DNA of 60,497 nt, filler included, from Porpidia crustulata (GCA_964255105.1; 4 parts of 4 records of this genome joined end to end with filler, not necessarily neighbours in it); one strand, 5' to 3'. Positions 23,211 through 37,218 are shown, counted from the first letter of the whole stretch. Numbers and translations are program-made. Notes: generated by a model not told the origin, from the letters alone.

Positions 23211-25148
23211 AGTGGCAAAAATCTAGAAGTTAAGGCTAAATAAGAGCGATTGCTAAACTATGTGTAGAAAAGCCTAGAGCTAGAGAAGAAATAGAAATCG
23301 AGGAGATGAAGGCGTCTCAGCAGGACTTGAAATCACGCAGAGACTGCGAAATTCACTAGAGAGATGAATATGGAGTGCAATTAAACAAGAGCACTAGAGT
23401 GAAAGTGTACCAGGCGACGGTAGCCCACATAGGTACTTCTTGGTGTCATGGTGATGTGTTGGGCCGAGAATATTGAAAAACATTATGGGCCACTTGTGTT
23501 GTGATATCCACGTCTATCAAGAATCAGGGTTTAAGTAAACACGCACCATCCCGTACTCCATATAATAATGTGCGGGTCTGTGACCCCGAGTAAAGCGCTC
23601 AGAAAGAGTTGCACGCTGGTTCTCATGACGAAGTCAACAGGAGATATGCATCCAGTCGTTCGTGACCTACGGCGACCACTCGACCTGCTTTCATAAAATC
23701 CTTTTAAACCCACAACTTGCACAAATGACTCCCCAGGTAGGCACGATTGGCGCAACTCGAGAAGACCCGATGGTCAGATAGGTATGGAATTGGCGACTTG
23801 ACCATTTAATTCCACAGGCATCCCAAGCATGCTACAATTTATCACGAATCAGTGAACTAGTCATATCGTACGATTTCAGGGGATTTTCAATCATACTGCT
23901 TTCCAGTTTCCGTTGCACAACACCCACAAAAGAGGGCTGCAGGCCAGCAGATGATCTAGAAACGCACTAAGTTTATGGATTACGGGCAAAAATCTCAGAT
24001 AGTTGAACCCACGGCGGAAACAATGCCAACGAAGAAACCTGGATGACTTCAGCGGCCCATCTATGAGTTCAACTCGGAAATATTACCCAGAGTAGGCCCA
24101 ATGACTTTGATATGACATGGGTTCTGGTCGGTACCGCATTGAATACAAATGAAAGGAATTGGAAGACAGTCCATCGCGTTTGTTCTCGAAAGCACAAAGG
24201 ACTGGGAATTCCTGAGACTTGGGAGGCGAGAGATTACGGTGAAGGCTAGGAAACCAATAGTGCAAGTTTGCACCTGCAGCAATTGGAGGTGGTGACGAGA
24301 ATTATAGTCGAAGACCTCAGGATAAGTCACTGCCTCCTAATAGGTACAATAAAAGACGGAGAAGATAGATTAATCCTGTCGTGATGATTACTTTCTTTGT
24401 CTAGTGTTTGGGATATCTCCTGCAAAGCAAGAAGCAGGAGCGCGGGTATTAGCATGATTCAAGTTATGACGTACACAATGCAGCTAGCATCAATCAATCT
24501 ACACGCGTTAGACGCTCTCTTGCCTTAGTCTGTTAGTCACTTCGCTGATCAATTATCTGGCGAATCGGCTGAAGGGCAAGAAGCAGTTTGTCGGACTAGA
24601 TTTATAATTGAAAATGTTGAAGTGGGCATTTCTCAGCAATGGCTGGTATATTCTCTCTTTCTGTTTTTCTCCCAAAGATGTGTCAATGCTACCACAAAAG
24701 CGCTTTCGATCACTAAAATCCGGAAGTAGAATGGTATTTTGGAAAGAGTCGCACCGCATGCTAGTTGGGACCATCTGGAAAATTGGGAAGATGTTACTTT
24801 GGGAAATATTCTAGATACCTGCGGCCAGATTACAAATCATATCAACTTTGATTCATATTAATAGCCAACATCTTCGAAGCCGGGTCTTGCCCAACCTCGG
24901 TCAATGGGCTAGGCCAGTTGAAAGGGATTACTGGACGTGTCAGACTGACCGAAACCGCGGCTTACTGATTGAAGCTGTTCTATCATATAATACTCAAGCT
25001 GCTCTATGACTTTATCGCTGTTTCTTGACCTTTGTCATCTCTATTTCAATTTCTCTAACCGATGCATACCGCCGAATATCTGAAGCTTCTGTGACACCAT
25101 CAATCTTCTTTCGCAGATTACTTCCAATAGTGCACGAAACTATTCAAA

Positions 25149-26892
25149 ATGTCTACATCAACGTTGACCAAGATAGCTACGCCAGAAAGCGCGGAGAAGT
25201 CCTGGAGCAAGCCAGTATTTCCTCTCGACTCCAATCACATGGCATTAGCCGATCGACCAGATGCGACAAGAAACGGTCGTACCCAAGAGGACCCTACTTC
25301 AATGTTGAGACAAAAAGAGCACAGTATTGCGAGGGTGGTGACAGCTCTAGACTGGACTGGTCCGGATGATCCCGAGAATCCAAGGAATTGGCCACTATGG
25401 CAAAAGATCTATCACACCATTATTCCAGGTCTCTTTGCTTTCGTTGTCACTTTCAGTTCATCGATATACACTCCCGGCTATCCAGAAGTTATGACCAAGT
25501 TTAACGTCTCTTCCAGTGTAGCTTTGCTGGGCCTTTCCCTATATGTTCTTGGTCTTGCGTTTGGTCCAGTACTCGCAGCTCCTGTTTCGGAGACGTATGG
25601 GCGACGGGTAGTCTACCTAGTCTCTTTGCCTTTGGCTGCTGTCTTCACGCTTGGTGCTGGATTTTCTCAAAATGCAGCTGCCCTCATGATTTGTCGCTTT
25701 TTTGCAGGATTTTTTGGATCTCCTGTACTGGCCGTCGGAGTAAGTTTTCCAATACTTCCGTTTTGGCAGAATGTCTCCAAGCTAATTTACTTAGGCTGGA
25801 ACAAATGCCGATATTTGGCCTCCCATCTTCCGCGCTGTCTCTACCTCCGCTTTCTTACTTGCCCCGTTCTTAGGCCCAGCCTTAGGTCCAGCAGTTGGGG
25901 GCTTCGCAGCCCAGTACAAAGGCTGGAGATGGACACAATGGCCGGTTCTCTTTATTCTGGTCCCCTCCTGGCTCTTTTCCCTCGGAATGAAAGAAACTTA
26001 CAAAAAGATTATCTTGGTTAAACGCGCGAAAGCCCTCGACATTCCTGCAGCCCCCAGAACCGCGGCTCCAGGACTCGCAGGTATTCGATTTATACTAACA
26101 GTCGCTCTCGTGAGACCCGTCAACATGCTCTTTACCGAACCTATCGTCTTCTTCTTTAGCCTCTACACAGGGTTCAACTTCTCCGTCCTATTCGCCTTCT
26201 TCGACGCCTTCCCAATCGTCTTCCATGGCGTCTATAAGTTCTCCGTGGGTCTCTCAGGCCTGACCTTCCTGGGTGTCGGCCTCGGCGTTACCCTTGGCGC
26301 TTCAACCGTCATCGTCATTGACAGACTGACTTTTCGCAAACATCACAGCCGAAGCTCCGACGGTATCGTGGCGCCAGAACATAGGCTCTATGCAGCTATG
26401 ATTGGGAGTTTTGGCTTGCCAATCGGGCTGTTCTGGTTCGCGTGGACGGCGAGATCGGATGTGCATTGGATCAGTCCTATTCTGGCGACCATTCCGTTTG
26501 GATGGGGGAACATCTGCGTGTTTTGTGCGGCGGCGTTGTATCTGCTTGATGTGTATGGGCCCTTGAATGGGGCCTCAGCCTTGGCAGCGAACGGATTGGT
26601 GAGATATGTCGCTGGGGCGGCGTTTCCGTTGTTTACTGTGCAAAGTGAGTCTCATTTCCGTCGTCGTGGGCGGTCCCCAGTCGACGATACTCCCGTTTCC
26701 CCCAAATACATCTCCTGCAAGCCCTGCTAATCTTACCCTCCGAACTCCACAGTGTACGAACGATTAGGCATCGCTTGGGCAACGTCACTCCTCGCCTTTC
26801 TATCCCTCCTTATGCTGCCAATACCATGGGTTTTGTTCAAGTACGGGCCGCAGATCAGAAAGAAGAGTCAGTACAGTACTTTCAAGACTTAG
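25149..26892 (+). CDS. MFS multidrug transporter, DHA1 (drug:H+ antiporter 1) family
   Basis: WTGPDDPENPRNWP N-terminal signature, APVSETYGRR motif A, ETYKKIIL, PEHRL and multiple TM segments. Introns ~25741-25794 and ~26646-26752. Confidence 0.92.
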
Positions 26893-27734
26893 AAATTCAC
26901 GGACGCCCGCCTTAGTGATCAATAGTAATTTAGAGCCGCGGTAAAGAGTACGTCTTATCCTTAGAGGAGGAGCTAGGGCTACAAGGGGGACATATAAGTA
27001 TGTTCAAGGATATTCACCTGTATATGAAACTTGTCAAGGCATAGAACTTGGCTCTATCTAATCCCAGAAGAAACAAAAAAACATAAATAAATTAATCGAC
27101 TTGTCAACACGTGACGAGAAACATCGAATTATCGTTTCGGCCTCGAGCCTCTGATTACTCAACAGGTTTCACGCCCCCTGCGCGGCACACAACCAAACTA
27201 GTGACCAAATTTGACTCGATAGAGAACTCTTACCAATCACGCCGAGGTTAGATCCTATCAAGCTCAACAGGTAATCACTTAATCTAAAACCCAATTCCAA
27301 CGATCTGGATAGCCACGATAGCGTAATTCCCCAGCTCCTGTCAAGCCACATCCTACCTCTCGAATCTGCAGACTCTCCCAATGATTTCCTCCGTTCGTGT
27401 CGTCTCTCCCGAAAATTGTCCTCTTTCCGCCACCAGAACCCCAGACCGCTTTCCACCATCTCGAGACCGCTGTCGGAGATGATGAGTGTATTCCACGAGA
27501 TAAGCGCTAGCCGCGAGACTTTCCCGCAATCGTGCTGCTTAGCGCTCGGCTGGTCTCAAATATATGGCTCTAGTTCAATTGCAATATATGTATGTCTTCG
27601 CGAGTAGAGTGACCAAAGTTGTGAGAGTCAAGCACATGAGGATTCAAAGACGCATCTCAGCTGCATCCATCCCACTGGCGCTAATTAAAATAAAAAAAGC
27701 AAATCGCGCTACCTCGTAATCTTCCATTTTATCC

Positions 27735-28517
27735 TTATGAATCTACTTTCTTCAGGTGCCGAATCTCGCCTTCCCATTTCCATTCCCAAGCTCTCAAGAA
27801 AGTACTCTCAGCCTTGTACTGTTCCATACCAGGGTAGAATATCGCTCCCATCCGCTTGAGAATGCCGCACCGTTCCTCCGTCGAGGCCGCGAGTTTCACC
27901 ATTGCCGCGCCGGCAGGCATGACGTTGTCTTCTTCAACGGTACCCATTTGGCTGGTGCCACAGTCAAACACCCAAAATACACTGGTCCCGCTGGTATCTA
28001 TTTTTGAGGGATCAAGCGCGGCGGATTCCCATCCGACCTTCACCCACCTCCTCTCCCTCAACGTTGGCTCTTCCACTCTGCCTTCTTCTACATCCTCAAT
28101 AAACGGCTGCATCCCCGCATCAAACCCATCGACAAACTGATAACGCTTCTCACGGTCCCACCATTTGACGTCTAGTAAGAGCAACTGCTAGCAGAACGCA
28201 ACTTCCTCGGCATCTGCGTTACCCTGCGATCCCCCTGTGTCACCCCTCGCGTCTCCAGAGGGAAGTCTCGTATTATCGCCATCAGAAGTAGATTGTAGAC
28301 GTCGTTTTTGGGGTGGTTTTGTCGTTTTAAGACCCAGGAAGATGAAATCGACGTGCGTCGCATCGTTGAGGATGATGACGCCTCTACGCGACGGCCAACC
28401 GAAGATGGATACGCTTGTGTCGGTAAATCCAATACGGCGAGTAAGGTCAGTATTCGATGTCAGCGCACCGCAGCGGGGCCTTTCTTAGCTATGCTGATTT
28501 GAGAGGGAGGTTCGCAT
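27735..28517 (-). pseudogene. Pseudogene of a hypothetical protein (260 codons, two in-frame stops)
   Basis: One frame from ATG 28517 to stop 27735, interrupted by TAA (28487-28485) and TAG (28190-28188). Protein-like on both sides: GWPSRRGVIILND...AFC*QLLLLDVKWWD...EERCGILKRMGAIFY. Confidence 0.7.
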
Positions 28518-29158
28518 AGTTGGCCGATTGTGGAAACACACAGCCACATAGTACTTTCTTACTGAACCTTGAAACCACGACATCTTAAAGTGTCAACAAT
28601 TAACCTTGAGGTCTACGGATTGTTAGCTGAGACTGAGCGCGCAGACGGAGCTATAAGCGATGGAGATCGTCGTTCCCCAGTTGAAATTAACTTGGATTGA
28701 ACGTGTGTTTATCGACTCAGCATCTCTCAGTTCAAAGTCAAGGTTGTTTACTCTCCGCCAGATTCGAGCTTTTATACCTCCGTGAGATCTTGAACGACTA
28801 GACCGAAAGCAAGCTTTTGCTCTCAATGTTCTGCCTCAAAAAACAAGAGCCATGCTACCCTGAATTCTGCTTGACGCCCTCAACTAACCATGACGCGGTC
28901 GTGAAGATGAGGCTTTCGATGCGCTGAAACGACATATTGGCCATATTTCAGCGATCGGGAACCAATCATGGATCATATGCCGCTTGTCCATTGTCGGATT
29001 TTGAAGGGCCAAATTGATGTTAAAGTTAACTTCTGCTCATGGGAGTATATCTTATACCTGTCCTTCAATGATATCTTCCAGCTTTCCTCTTCTCTTTTAT
29101 TCCTTCGTCATAGCCCCTTCGTCATTCTCAACCCAATAAAACCATCACATTCACCAAC

Positions 29159-29569
29159 ATGAAGCCCACACAAACCCTTTCCGCCCTCCTCCTCTTCGCC
29201 TCCGCAACTTCCACTGAATTCTTCCAAACCTGGACGGCCGGAGCGCTCCAGCTCACCGCCACCGGCCCCTTCTGCCACATGGACAACGACGTCACCGGCT
29301 ACCTCCAAGACGACGGCAACCTCGTCATGCTCGACAGCAGCGTCACTCCCAACAAAGTCGTCTGGGCCTCGGGCCAAACCAACCCCAATTGCAACGGCGC
29401 CTGCCAGCTGTACTTTCAGAGCGACGGCAACCTCGTCACCTACTACGGTACCCAGCCCTTGTTCAACACCTCCACCACGGGCCGCGGGCAGAGGCTGGTG
29501 GCGCGGGGGTATTCGCCGTATCTGATCATGTGGGATGCTGCCGATAACTATCTATGGTCGTCCGCGTAG
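29159..29569 (+). CDS. Secreted bulb-type (GNA-like) mannose-binding lectin domain protein
   Basis: Signal peptide MKPTQTLSALLLFASATST. Motifs LQDDGNLVML...VVWAS and FQSDGNLVTY (QxDxNxVxY). Intronless, 136 aa. Confidence 0.88.
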   Translation: MKPTQTLSALLLFASATSTEFFQTWTAGALQLTATGPFCHMDNDVTGYLQDDGNLVMLDSSVTPNKVVWASGQTNPNCNGACQLYFQSDGNLVTYYGTQPLFNTSTTGRGQRLVARGYSPYLIMWDAADNYLWSSA

Positions 29570-30241
29570 TTCACATGCAAACCGGGTGCTTGAACCAGCC
29601 CGAACGGATATGGCGTTGTGTTTGCGTGGCTTTGGCGGTCGTTGTCGCAGAGGGTTGACGGTGTCTGTTTGTGAACGGCATGGCTGCGGTCGTTCGTCTT
29701 GCCAATTCGTTGCAAGGGGACTGTCTCATCGACCTCTCGCCTTGGCTACCCACACCCCGTTATACCCAACAGCCACCTCCACAGCCCACACGATTCCTTA
29801 ACAAACCCGCTCCCTCTCGCTTAGAATGAGCTCATTGTCAGCAGGCAACAACCTCTCGTGCCAAATATAGTCTCCGACTTACAACATTGATATCACATGA
29901 AACAGCGCAGCACGACATCAGCGGCCCGAAACATGTGTTCAGACTGACAAGCTTAGGTCTTGTCCGTGGCTGAAGAATGGCGAGGAGTCAAAGAAAGGGA
30001 AGCGGTGAGGTGAAAAGCCGAAACCTGGGATGTGAGAAGAGAAGAGAAAGGGACAATGGAAAAAGCAGGTCAAAAAGAAACGTCTGGCTGCGCACCCTAT
30101 TTCCCGCAGTCTAATTGACCTTGAATCACTACTTCACCAGAGACGTCAAGAATTTACTCACAGAGCCGAAATTTCAATCTCTCCCACCACAATCCCCATC
30201 CATTCAACCCTCCCTGTTCCCCACATCGAACCCTCCACCCC

Positions 30242-30341
30242 NNNNNNNNNNNNNNNNNNNNNNNNNNNNNNNNNNNNNNNNNNNNTTAATTAATTAANNN
30301 NNNNNNNNNNNNNNNNNNNNNNNNNNNNNNNNNNNNNNNNN
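30242..30341. other. Artificial contig spacer
   Basis: N44-TTAATTAATTAA-N44. Confidence 0.97.
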
Positions 30342-30458
30342 CGGTTCCCTTTCACCTTCCGTGGCTGCTTTCCCTCTGCGGCACCGGGTGCTAGCGTACC
30401 CAGGATTCCGTCAACTCAACAATATCCATCCAGGTTCCTGCTACTCTACCCCGGCGAT

Positions 30459-33279
30459 TCACTTGATCCCCGAATCCTCAGCGCAATAGTCCAAAATCAA
30501 CCGCTGCAGATCCAATAGCTTATAAGGTTTCGTCATATACCCATCCATCCCCACATCGCTCGCCCGTTCCAACGCACTATCCGTCACGTCCGCACTGACG
30601 GCCAGCACGGTAACCCCCTGCTTCCTCCTCGCCCGGTCGTCCTCGTCTTCACCTTCCACACCTCGCTTATCCTTCTCCATTGCCAAGATTTTCTGCGTGG
30701 CTTCGTACCCGTCCATGGTCGGCATCCACAGATCCATGAGGATGACGTCGATCGGGTCTTCGTTGCGGGTGGCGCGGTCGATGCTCATTTGGTGAACGGC
30801 CTCGGCGCCGTTGTGGGCTTCGTGGACGGTACTGTAACCGAGTTTGGAAAGCATGTTGACGAGCAGCTTGCGATTGATTTTGTTGTCTTCCGCGACGAGG
30901 AAGGTGAGAGGGTATTTCTTTGCGAGGTTACGGTCATGGGTCGGGGGCTTCTTGGTTGAAGGGCGGCGGTGGGAGGAATTGGTCGTTTGGGATAGACTGT
31001 TTCGGCGGGAAAGGGACGATGGGAGGAGGGGAGAAGTGGCTTTTGCTATTGATATTGGTTCGGGAGTCTTGCTCACCGAGGCCGTCTTCCTTTGACGAGG
31101 AGGCCGCTTTTGCTCCACAGTAGATCCATAACGGTTATATCGGTAAGGTGTTGGTAGTTCCTCGTCCACTGAGCCTCGGGACTGTGATGGTGTCCGGACT
31201 GGAGTATTCGTGCCACTATTCACATCTGTTGAAGATATTGGCACTCGAAGCTCGAATTCAGAACCTCGATTTGGCCCTGCCACGTCGGATCTGACGCAAA
31301 CCAAATCTCCGCCAATCCGACGAGCAAGGCCTTTGGCTACCAAAAGGCCCAGGCCAAGGCCTTCTTTTTGCCTTGTCAGAGAATCATCTTCGCGAGAGAA
31401 AGGCTTGAACAGGTAAGGCTGAAAGGCTTGCGGTATGCCAGGGCCAGTATCAACCACGCTTATTATGATGTATCGTGATTTAGGGCTCAGGCCCGCTTTC
31501 AGTGCCACTTTGCCATGTTCTGTGAACTTGATCGCATTCAAGAATACGCAAGAGACCAGTTTCGCAAGATCTCTCTCATCCACTAGTCATTGTTAATGAG
31601 AATGGTCCAGATTGTTGGACTACGACTTACCAAAAATTGTCTCCGGTACTTGAGAGCTGACAGACCACTCAATTACCTTACTACTCACACCACCTTCTGC
31701 CGTCTTCGTCCGAACTTCAATGATTTCTCCACCCTCGGTATCTTCGGCAACTGCTGAGTCTGGTCTGCCTCCAACACGTAGTGACTCATTTACTATCAAA
31801 TGTAGCAAGTCGCGAATCCTCGTATGCCGAAGACCTGGTGTTGGGACTGATTCATTTTCAGAAATGTCCAAAGCAGATTCGGAATATAGCATGGAGGATG
31901 GATTAGGGTCACTGGTTTTAGAACCTCCATATACGCCGTCCATGCCGCCGAGGATGTCATCAGTCTCTTCGACCGCAGATCTTAAGGATGCTGTATGAGG
32001 AGAAATATTGCGGTGCGGAGATTTCTTAGATTGCAAAGCTCTGTGTTTTGCGGCTGGCTCAGAACTGTATTCGGTGGATGTATGTCGTCTTCGCTTGCTT
32101 CGTTTGAAGAAGATGCTATTTCCTTCAATGACGATACCTGGCCGCTTCTCTGTCGGTGAATGCGTTGATTGCGCATCTATGCTTTCATCATCGTGAGGAG
32201 GTATTGGAGTATCAGGCACCTGCATGTTTAGATCATACGCGTGGACAACGTTGTCAGCCGCTTCTACTGCTCTCCTCGAGCTGTCTGGTAGCACAGTTAG
32301 TAAAAATTCGGCAGTAAACATGGAGATTTGGAGATTTCTAACCCTGAACCACTTCAATATTTTCTCGCAACGTCTTGAGGACTTTTCGTACAACAGCATC
32401 GGATTGACCTTCCAAGGATTCTTGCACCGTAGCATGCATGACATCCAACATTCCCACTACGCCTTGCATTGGCGTTCGCAATTCATGAGACAAGCTTCGG
32501 GCATATGGTTTCAATGATTGCGCTGCGGTGACTGCTTGATGGGGAATCACTTTCGCTGGCTTGTTCTCCTCCATTGGCTTACGAAAGCTCTCACCCTCCA
32601 CGAGACGGTCGTTGATCGTGTCCTCTAGCGTATGCAGCAACATTTCTATAAATGCCCAGCCCAAATCCAGCCTGTCCAGAGCTTGCTGAGTCCACATCAT
32701 ACCAAAATGTGCGAAACATTTGCCCTCCGCAAATAAGGGGATCCCAAGATAAGCCTCGGTTGGGAATGGAAACTTATTTGGATTATTCGTGATGAATTTC
32801 TGCAGATTGTTGGGAATCAAAAAGACCTTGTCGTGTTTCATATGATGACAGGGTGCACCGTAAGCTAGGTATTTGTAGTCTCGGTGCAGGCCCTGGATTT
32901 GATCTCCATCGTTGTAGTAAAAGGCCACTCCAAGTAAACATGAACCAGGCTCTCCAATAGGCGGCATTTCCACTGCAGCGTCCTGATCATCCACCAGTAT
33001 TCTTTTTGCGACGAAGCCATATTGAGCGCTAGTTATGCTAGTCATGCCCTCCATCAGCAACCGCCAAAAGTCGTATGTAGTCGCTTTCTTCAACGCTGCC
33101 TTGAGATGAACCACTTTTTCCACCGCATTATTTTCAGAAATTGAATAATGCTGTTGCACGCTTTCTTGGAACCCCTCGTCTCCGTGATGAAATGGTATCC
33201 CCGGCAATGGCCCTGACACGCACAGAGACGTTCGTTGCAGCATCTCCGCCAGACGAGTGCAATCCAGAGATTCCTCCAT
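30459..33279 (-). CDS. Hybrid sensor histidine kinase (GAF-like N-terminus, HisKA, HATPase, receiver)
   Basis: H-box SHELRTPMQGVVG, N-box FLNAIKFT, G1 DTGPGI, G2 GLGLGL, receiver AEDNKIN...ILMDLWMP...TKP. Introns 32342-32285 and 31630-31583. Start uncertain. Confidence 0.92.
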
Positions 33280-34142
33280 ATCGTGCCGTAATGTCCTACT
33301 CTCAAGCTTGTGATAAATAATTCGGGTCTCAATGCTCGACCTCTTCAGACTTGTGCGCAAGCTACCAGCTTGCTCTGCGTCTTGAGTTCGGCAATCATAA
33401 CGATGGAGGTGGAGTGGAATTCTGCATAGCTAAGTTGTTCTGTGCCATTGTCGTGTCAGCACTCCACATGCTATGAAGAGGATACACGAAGCTAAAATTA
33501 CCCGTGGAAGAATCAATTCACAAGAAGTCCAACGGCAAGACAGAAGGAGGCACAGTCGCAACGTCGTTCACAGCGCGCGAATACACGTATACCGGCACTT
33601 GTGGTAGTCAGAGGACGTTCACGGTGATGATCATGTATGGGTGTATCTAGTCATGTCCTTCTTCGTACGGAGGTAGAGACAGTTGTGCGAAGTAGTATGT
33701 ACAGGTTAGGTGTAGTTAGGTAGACAGTCAGCGACGCTTTCACGAAATACCTTACCTTGTGATCTAAGGAAGCGGTCGGTGAGGGGCCTAGATTCAGGAT
33801 AGAGTATGAAGAAACCAAAACTTAATGTGCACATCTAAATAATAATGATAAGCATCAATAACGTATCCAGCGACAATTGATAAGTTGCTGTGATCTAGAA
33901 TTCACAATGCCTTGCGCAAAACATGCCGTCTCCCTCAGATAGATTATTGAAGCATCAAATTCGTAAGTCGTGAAAGGTACCTAGGTACGTACCTCCATAC
34001 TTTGTAGCCTCAGTACTAATGGTAAGCATACGCCCACAGCCTAGGTCGGTACCTTGGTAGGTATGATGCGAGAGTCTAGAAGCAATCTGTGCTAAGGTAC
34101 TGTGCTTAGTGGGGTAAGATGGTGGATGGTGGATGGGTAACT

Positions 34143-34272
34143 TACTACGGTACCCAGGGTATCAGTTGTTAGTACGATCTGCAAATACAGGGTAATCAAT
34201 TGGTCAGCACGTACAAAATAATCCCCAACTGTGGCTTTTATACTAACAACTGATACCCCGGATACCGTAGTA
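34143..34272. mobile_element. MITE copy 1 (130 bp, ~32-bp TIRs, TA-flanked)
   Basis: Left end TACTACGGTACCCAGGGTATCAGTTGTTAGTA and right end TACTAACAACTGATACCCCGGATACCGTAGTA are near-perfect inverted repeats. Confidence 0.8.
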
Positions 34273-36020
34273 GGTAGATAGGTAAGGCGCAGGGAATCGT
34301 TCTAGAATCCTACCTAAGTGCCGACTGCCGAGTCACCCGTTGCTCTTCTATGCCATCGTGCCATCCGAAGATCAAAGAAGTATCGGAATACCAGGGTGGC
34401 AGAATAACTCAGAATTGTGTGGACAGTACGTTCTCGGATCGCTCATCTTCTCATCTTCTCATGCTCCGGTTGTCCTGAAGCGTCTGATGTGTTGCAGTCT
34501 GCAGGGCACATCCGTGTCCGAACGAGCTGTTTCTGGTGGTTCCGCACTGGGGCTAAGGTACTGCTGGAGGGGTGGAAGGCTACGTGACGAGCTTACCACA
34601 CCACACACACTCACGCGGACGAAACAAAAATCCATACCGCAAAAGTCGACCTCGATCAATACAAATCAGATTTGATGATTGTTTCAAGAAGATTTTTCGA
34701 TGAATCTATGTAGTCTGACATCGTGTCGTTTGAATCTTGTTTTTTGCGTTCATTGTTCCGTGATTTTGTAGCGTTCAGGAAATATGTTCTATAGAATTGC
34801 TTGCCTGACCATCACACTGTATGCCGGTTGCGAATCAGCAATCCCTCATACTTTGCCGGCGATATCGCTCTATCTAGGTCATGCAGAGCCTGCAGAAAGG
34901 CGTATTCGAAGCCTGGAACTTCCTGGTATTCATATCAATTTTTGTAGGACTCATGCCATCCTAAATCTTACGCTACACCCTTTGTCTCATATTGTTTGGA
35001 TGATCACCGCTATTCGTGCCAGATCTAGCTAGAGAGCGACCTCGTTGGTACCCAACGATCTGCGTGTTCCAAGCACCTCTCCGAGTTTATCGAATGTATT
35101 CGAAGCGCTTTGAGAATAAGGCGCCAGTACGTCGTCCCATGTCAAGTATGCCTTTTTTCCTACCGCTTGTTAAGATTCCCACTTTTCCATGCTGGTCGAT
35201 AGATACTTTGAAATCTACTCGGTGGCCACTCCGCAATTATTCAAAAGCTTTAGCACGTCTGTGCTGATTCTCTTGGCTCTTCATTGTTATTCATGCGGTT
35301 GTACAAGCACCGTAGAGTACCGCTGCGCTGGTCACTCCGGATCCTCACCCACGCCTTTTGATATCGGGTGACACTGTGATAGGATCAATGCTCATCTTAT
35401 TAAACATGTTGTTTAATCTAATGTCAGGCAGTAAATCCCATCATGTGGCGTTTGTTCAGCTTTCCAGTCATTCGGGGCCTGTGATAGGACAGTATAACCT
35501 TGTGCCAGCTGCTTTCGCTACGCAGGCAGGTCAGGGTGGTTAAGTTTGGTCCTTTGCTCGTGAAGCATGCCATGTAGCTACCATTATTTAGACGTTCTCT
35601 GAGATCTGACACATTCCGCCATCGATTCAGCTCGGGTATCCCGATCTTTATCATTGATCTATAGATCCGAATAGATGTCCATTCTCGCCAATCCTGGAGA
35701 TTTGAATGTATTAAATCTTCTCTTTGCGGAAGTATATCTGTATTGGTCTGTAGATGGTGCAGGTGTTGAGATGTCAATAACGAAGCCCAGCCCTTCCAGA
35801 CAGTCGAATGTGTTACGCGACAGTGAAATGAAATTCGAGAATCGTTCCAGAAGAACTTTCGACGCTGCCATTTAATTTCGCTTCAAATTTAGGCTCTGGG
35901 GCCACTTCGGTTCGCTTAACACGAGCGCTAGTCCATAACCGCATTAGCAATAACCCACACCCCGAATCTCATTCAAACGACTCTAATCCATACGCCATCA
36001 CCAATATTGACAACACCACG

Positions 36021-36801
36021 ATGGCGGTCAAGCAGCGTAGCGGTATCGCTATCGGGCTGAACAAGGGCCATGTGAGTCTGTTCGAGCTGCAATTCGAGCT
36101 TCAGCTCAAGGTTGCGGATGATGGTAGAAGGGACAACGCTGATGGCAATGGCGATTTAGAAAACCACTCCTCGCGAGTCCAAGCCCCGTATCTCGCGCAG
36201 TAAAGGCCATTTGAGCAAGCGTACTGCGTTTGTGAGGGAGATTGTGAAGGAGGTGTCAGGGTACGTACGCCGACTGCCCTGCACAAGTGGAGAATATTTC
36301 TACAGCATTAACGTCGTTCTGTACCTTCCAACGTCTACGAGCTCGGACGGCTCTGCTCAGATCACGTCAAAATTCATACTTTCTCGCCTTCTCCTCTGAA
36401 TCTTACTTTTCACGTCCATACCTACTCCCGATATCGTCTTTGGCTTTTCCCAACCTGCAAAAGGGAACCTCCATTGCTAACCCGCTCCTCCCAACAGCCT
36501 CGCCCCCTACGAACGCCGCGTCATCGAACTCCTCCGCAACAGCAAAGATAAGCGTGCCCGCAAGCTAGCAAAGAAGCGAGTACGTTCATTTACCCCTTCC
36601 CCTTCCACCCCCCCAATATCCCAGAAACAATCATCCAGGAAAATTTGAAAACCCCTTTCAAACGAGAGATTCGGAAATGGAAAAATGGATAGATGATTTT
36701 CAAACTAACGCGACCAATAGCTCGGGACCTTCGGACGCGCGAAGCGAAAGGTTGACGAGCTGCAGGGCGTCATTGCCGAGGCGAAGAGGGCTGGGCATTG
36801 A
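36021..36801 (+). CDS. RPL36: 60S ribosomal protein L36
   Basis: Spliced product [104 protein letters not shown], with 3 introns. Confidence 0.96.
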
Positions 36802-37218
36802 GCTAGGAGTTGAAAGCGTGACGGGGATGCCATTGAGGGGATATCTGAGGTGTGGGTTGTGTGCTAGGTATGACAATTGTGTAGCATGCAGAACAACGAG
36901 CTTCTGAAATGGTTCTCTGGGATTTCCGATGACGAGAATTTCCGAAATGGTGCCGGTCTCCTCCCAATCCTCTGCAGTATCACACTCAAGGGCACCAGGA
37001 GCGGTACAACGGACTTTGAAATGGAGTTGTGCTTAGATGTCGCAATTGCTAATATTTCTACCCTGCCATGCCGAACCTTCACAACACCACGCTAGAAGCT
37101 CGCTCGTGCCCGCTGACGCCCAGATCTATCCCGCTTGAGCCCGTGAATGCATTTCATGACCACACTTCCCACACCAACGAGCGTCCGCAAACCGTCCGCC
37201 GCAACAAGACCGACTCCG

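Noticed and set aside
29441..29455. 15-bp match (TACTACGGTACCCAG) to the MITE TIR inside the bulb-lectin CDS
   Set aside because: It encodes YYGTQ in frame and has no partner inverted repeat; probably chance.
5625..29569. Two lectin genes as a recognition cluster
   Set aside because: They are on different contigs separated by an artificial spacer.
35424..35871. Short ORFs divergent from RPL36
   Set aside because: They could not be joined into a coherent gene model and carry no recognisable domain.
36072..36720. Longer introns of RPL36 (and RPL24) as snoRNA hosts
   Set aside because: No convincing C/D (RTGATGA...CTGA with terminal stem) or H/ACA architecture seen.
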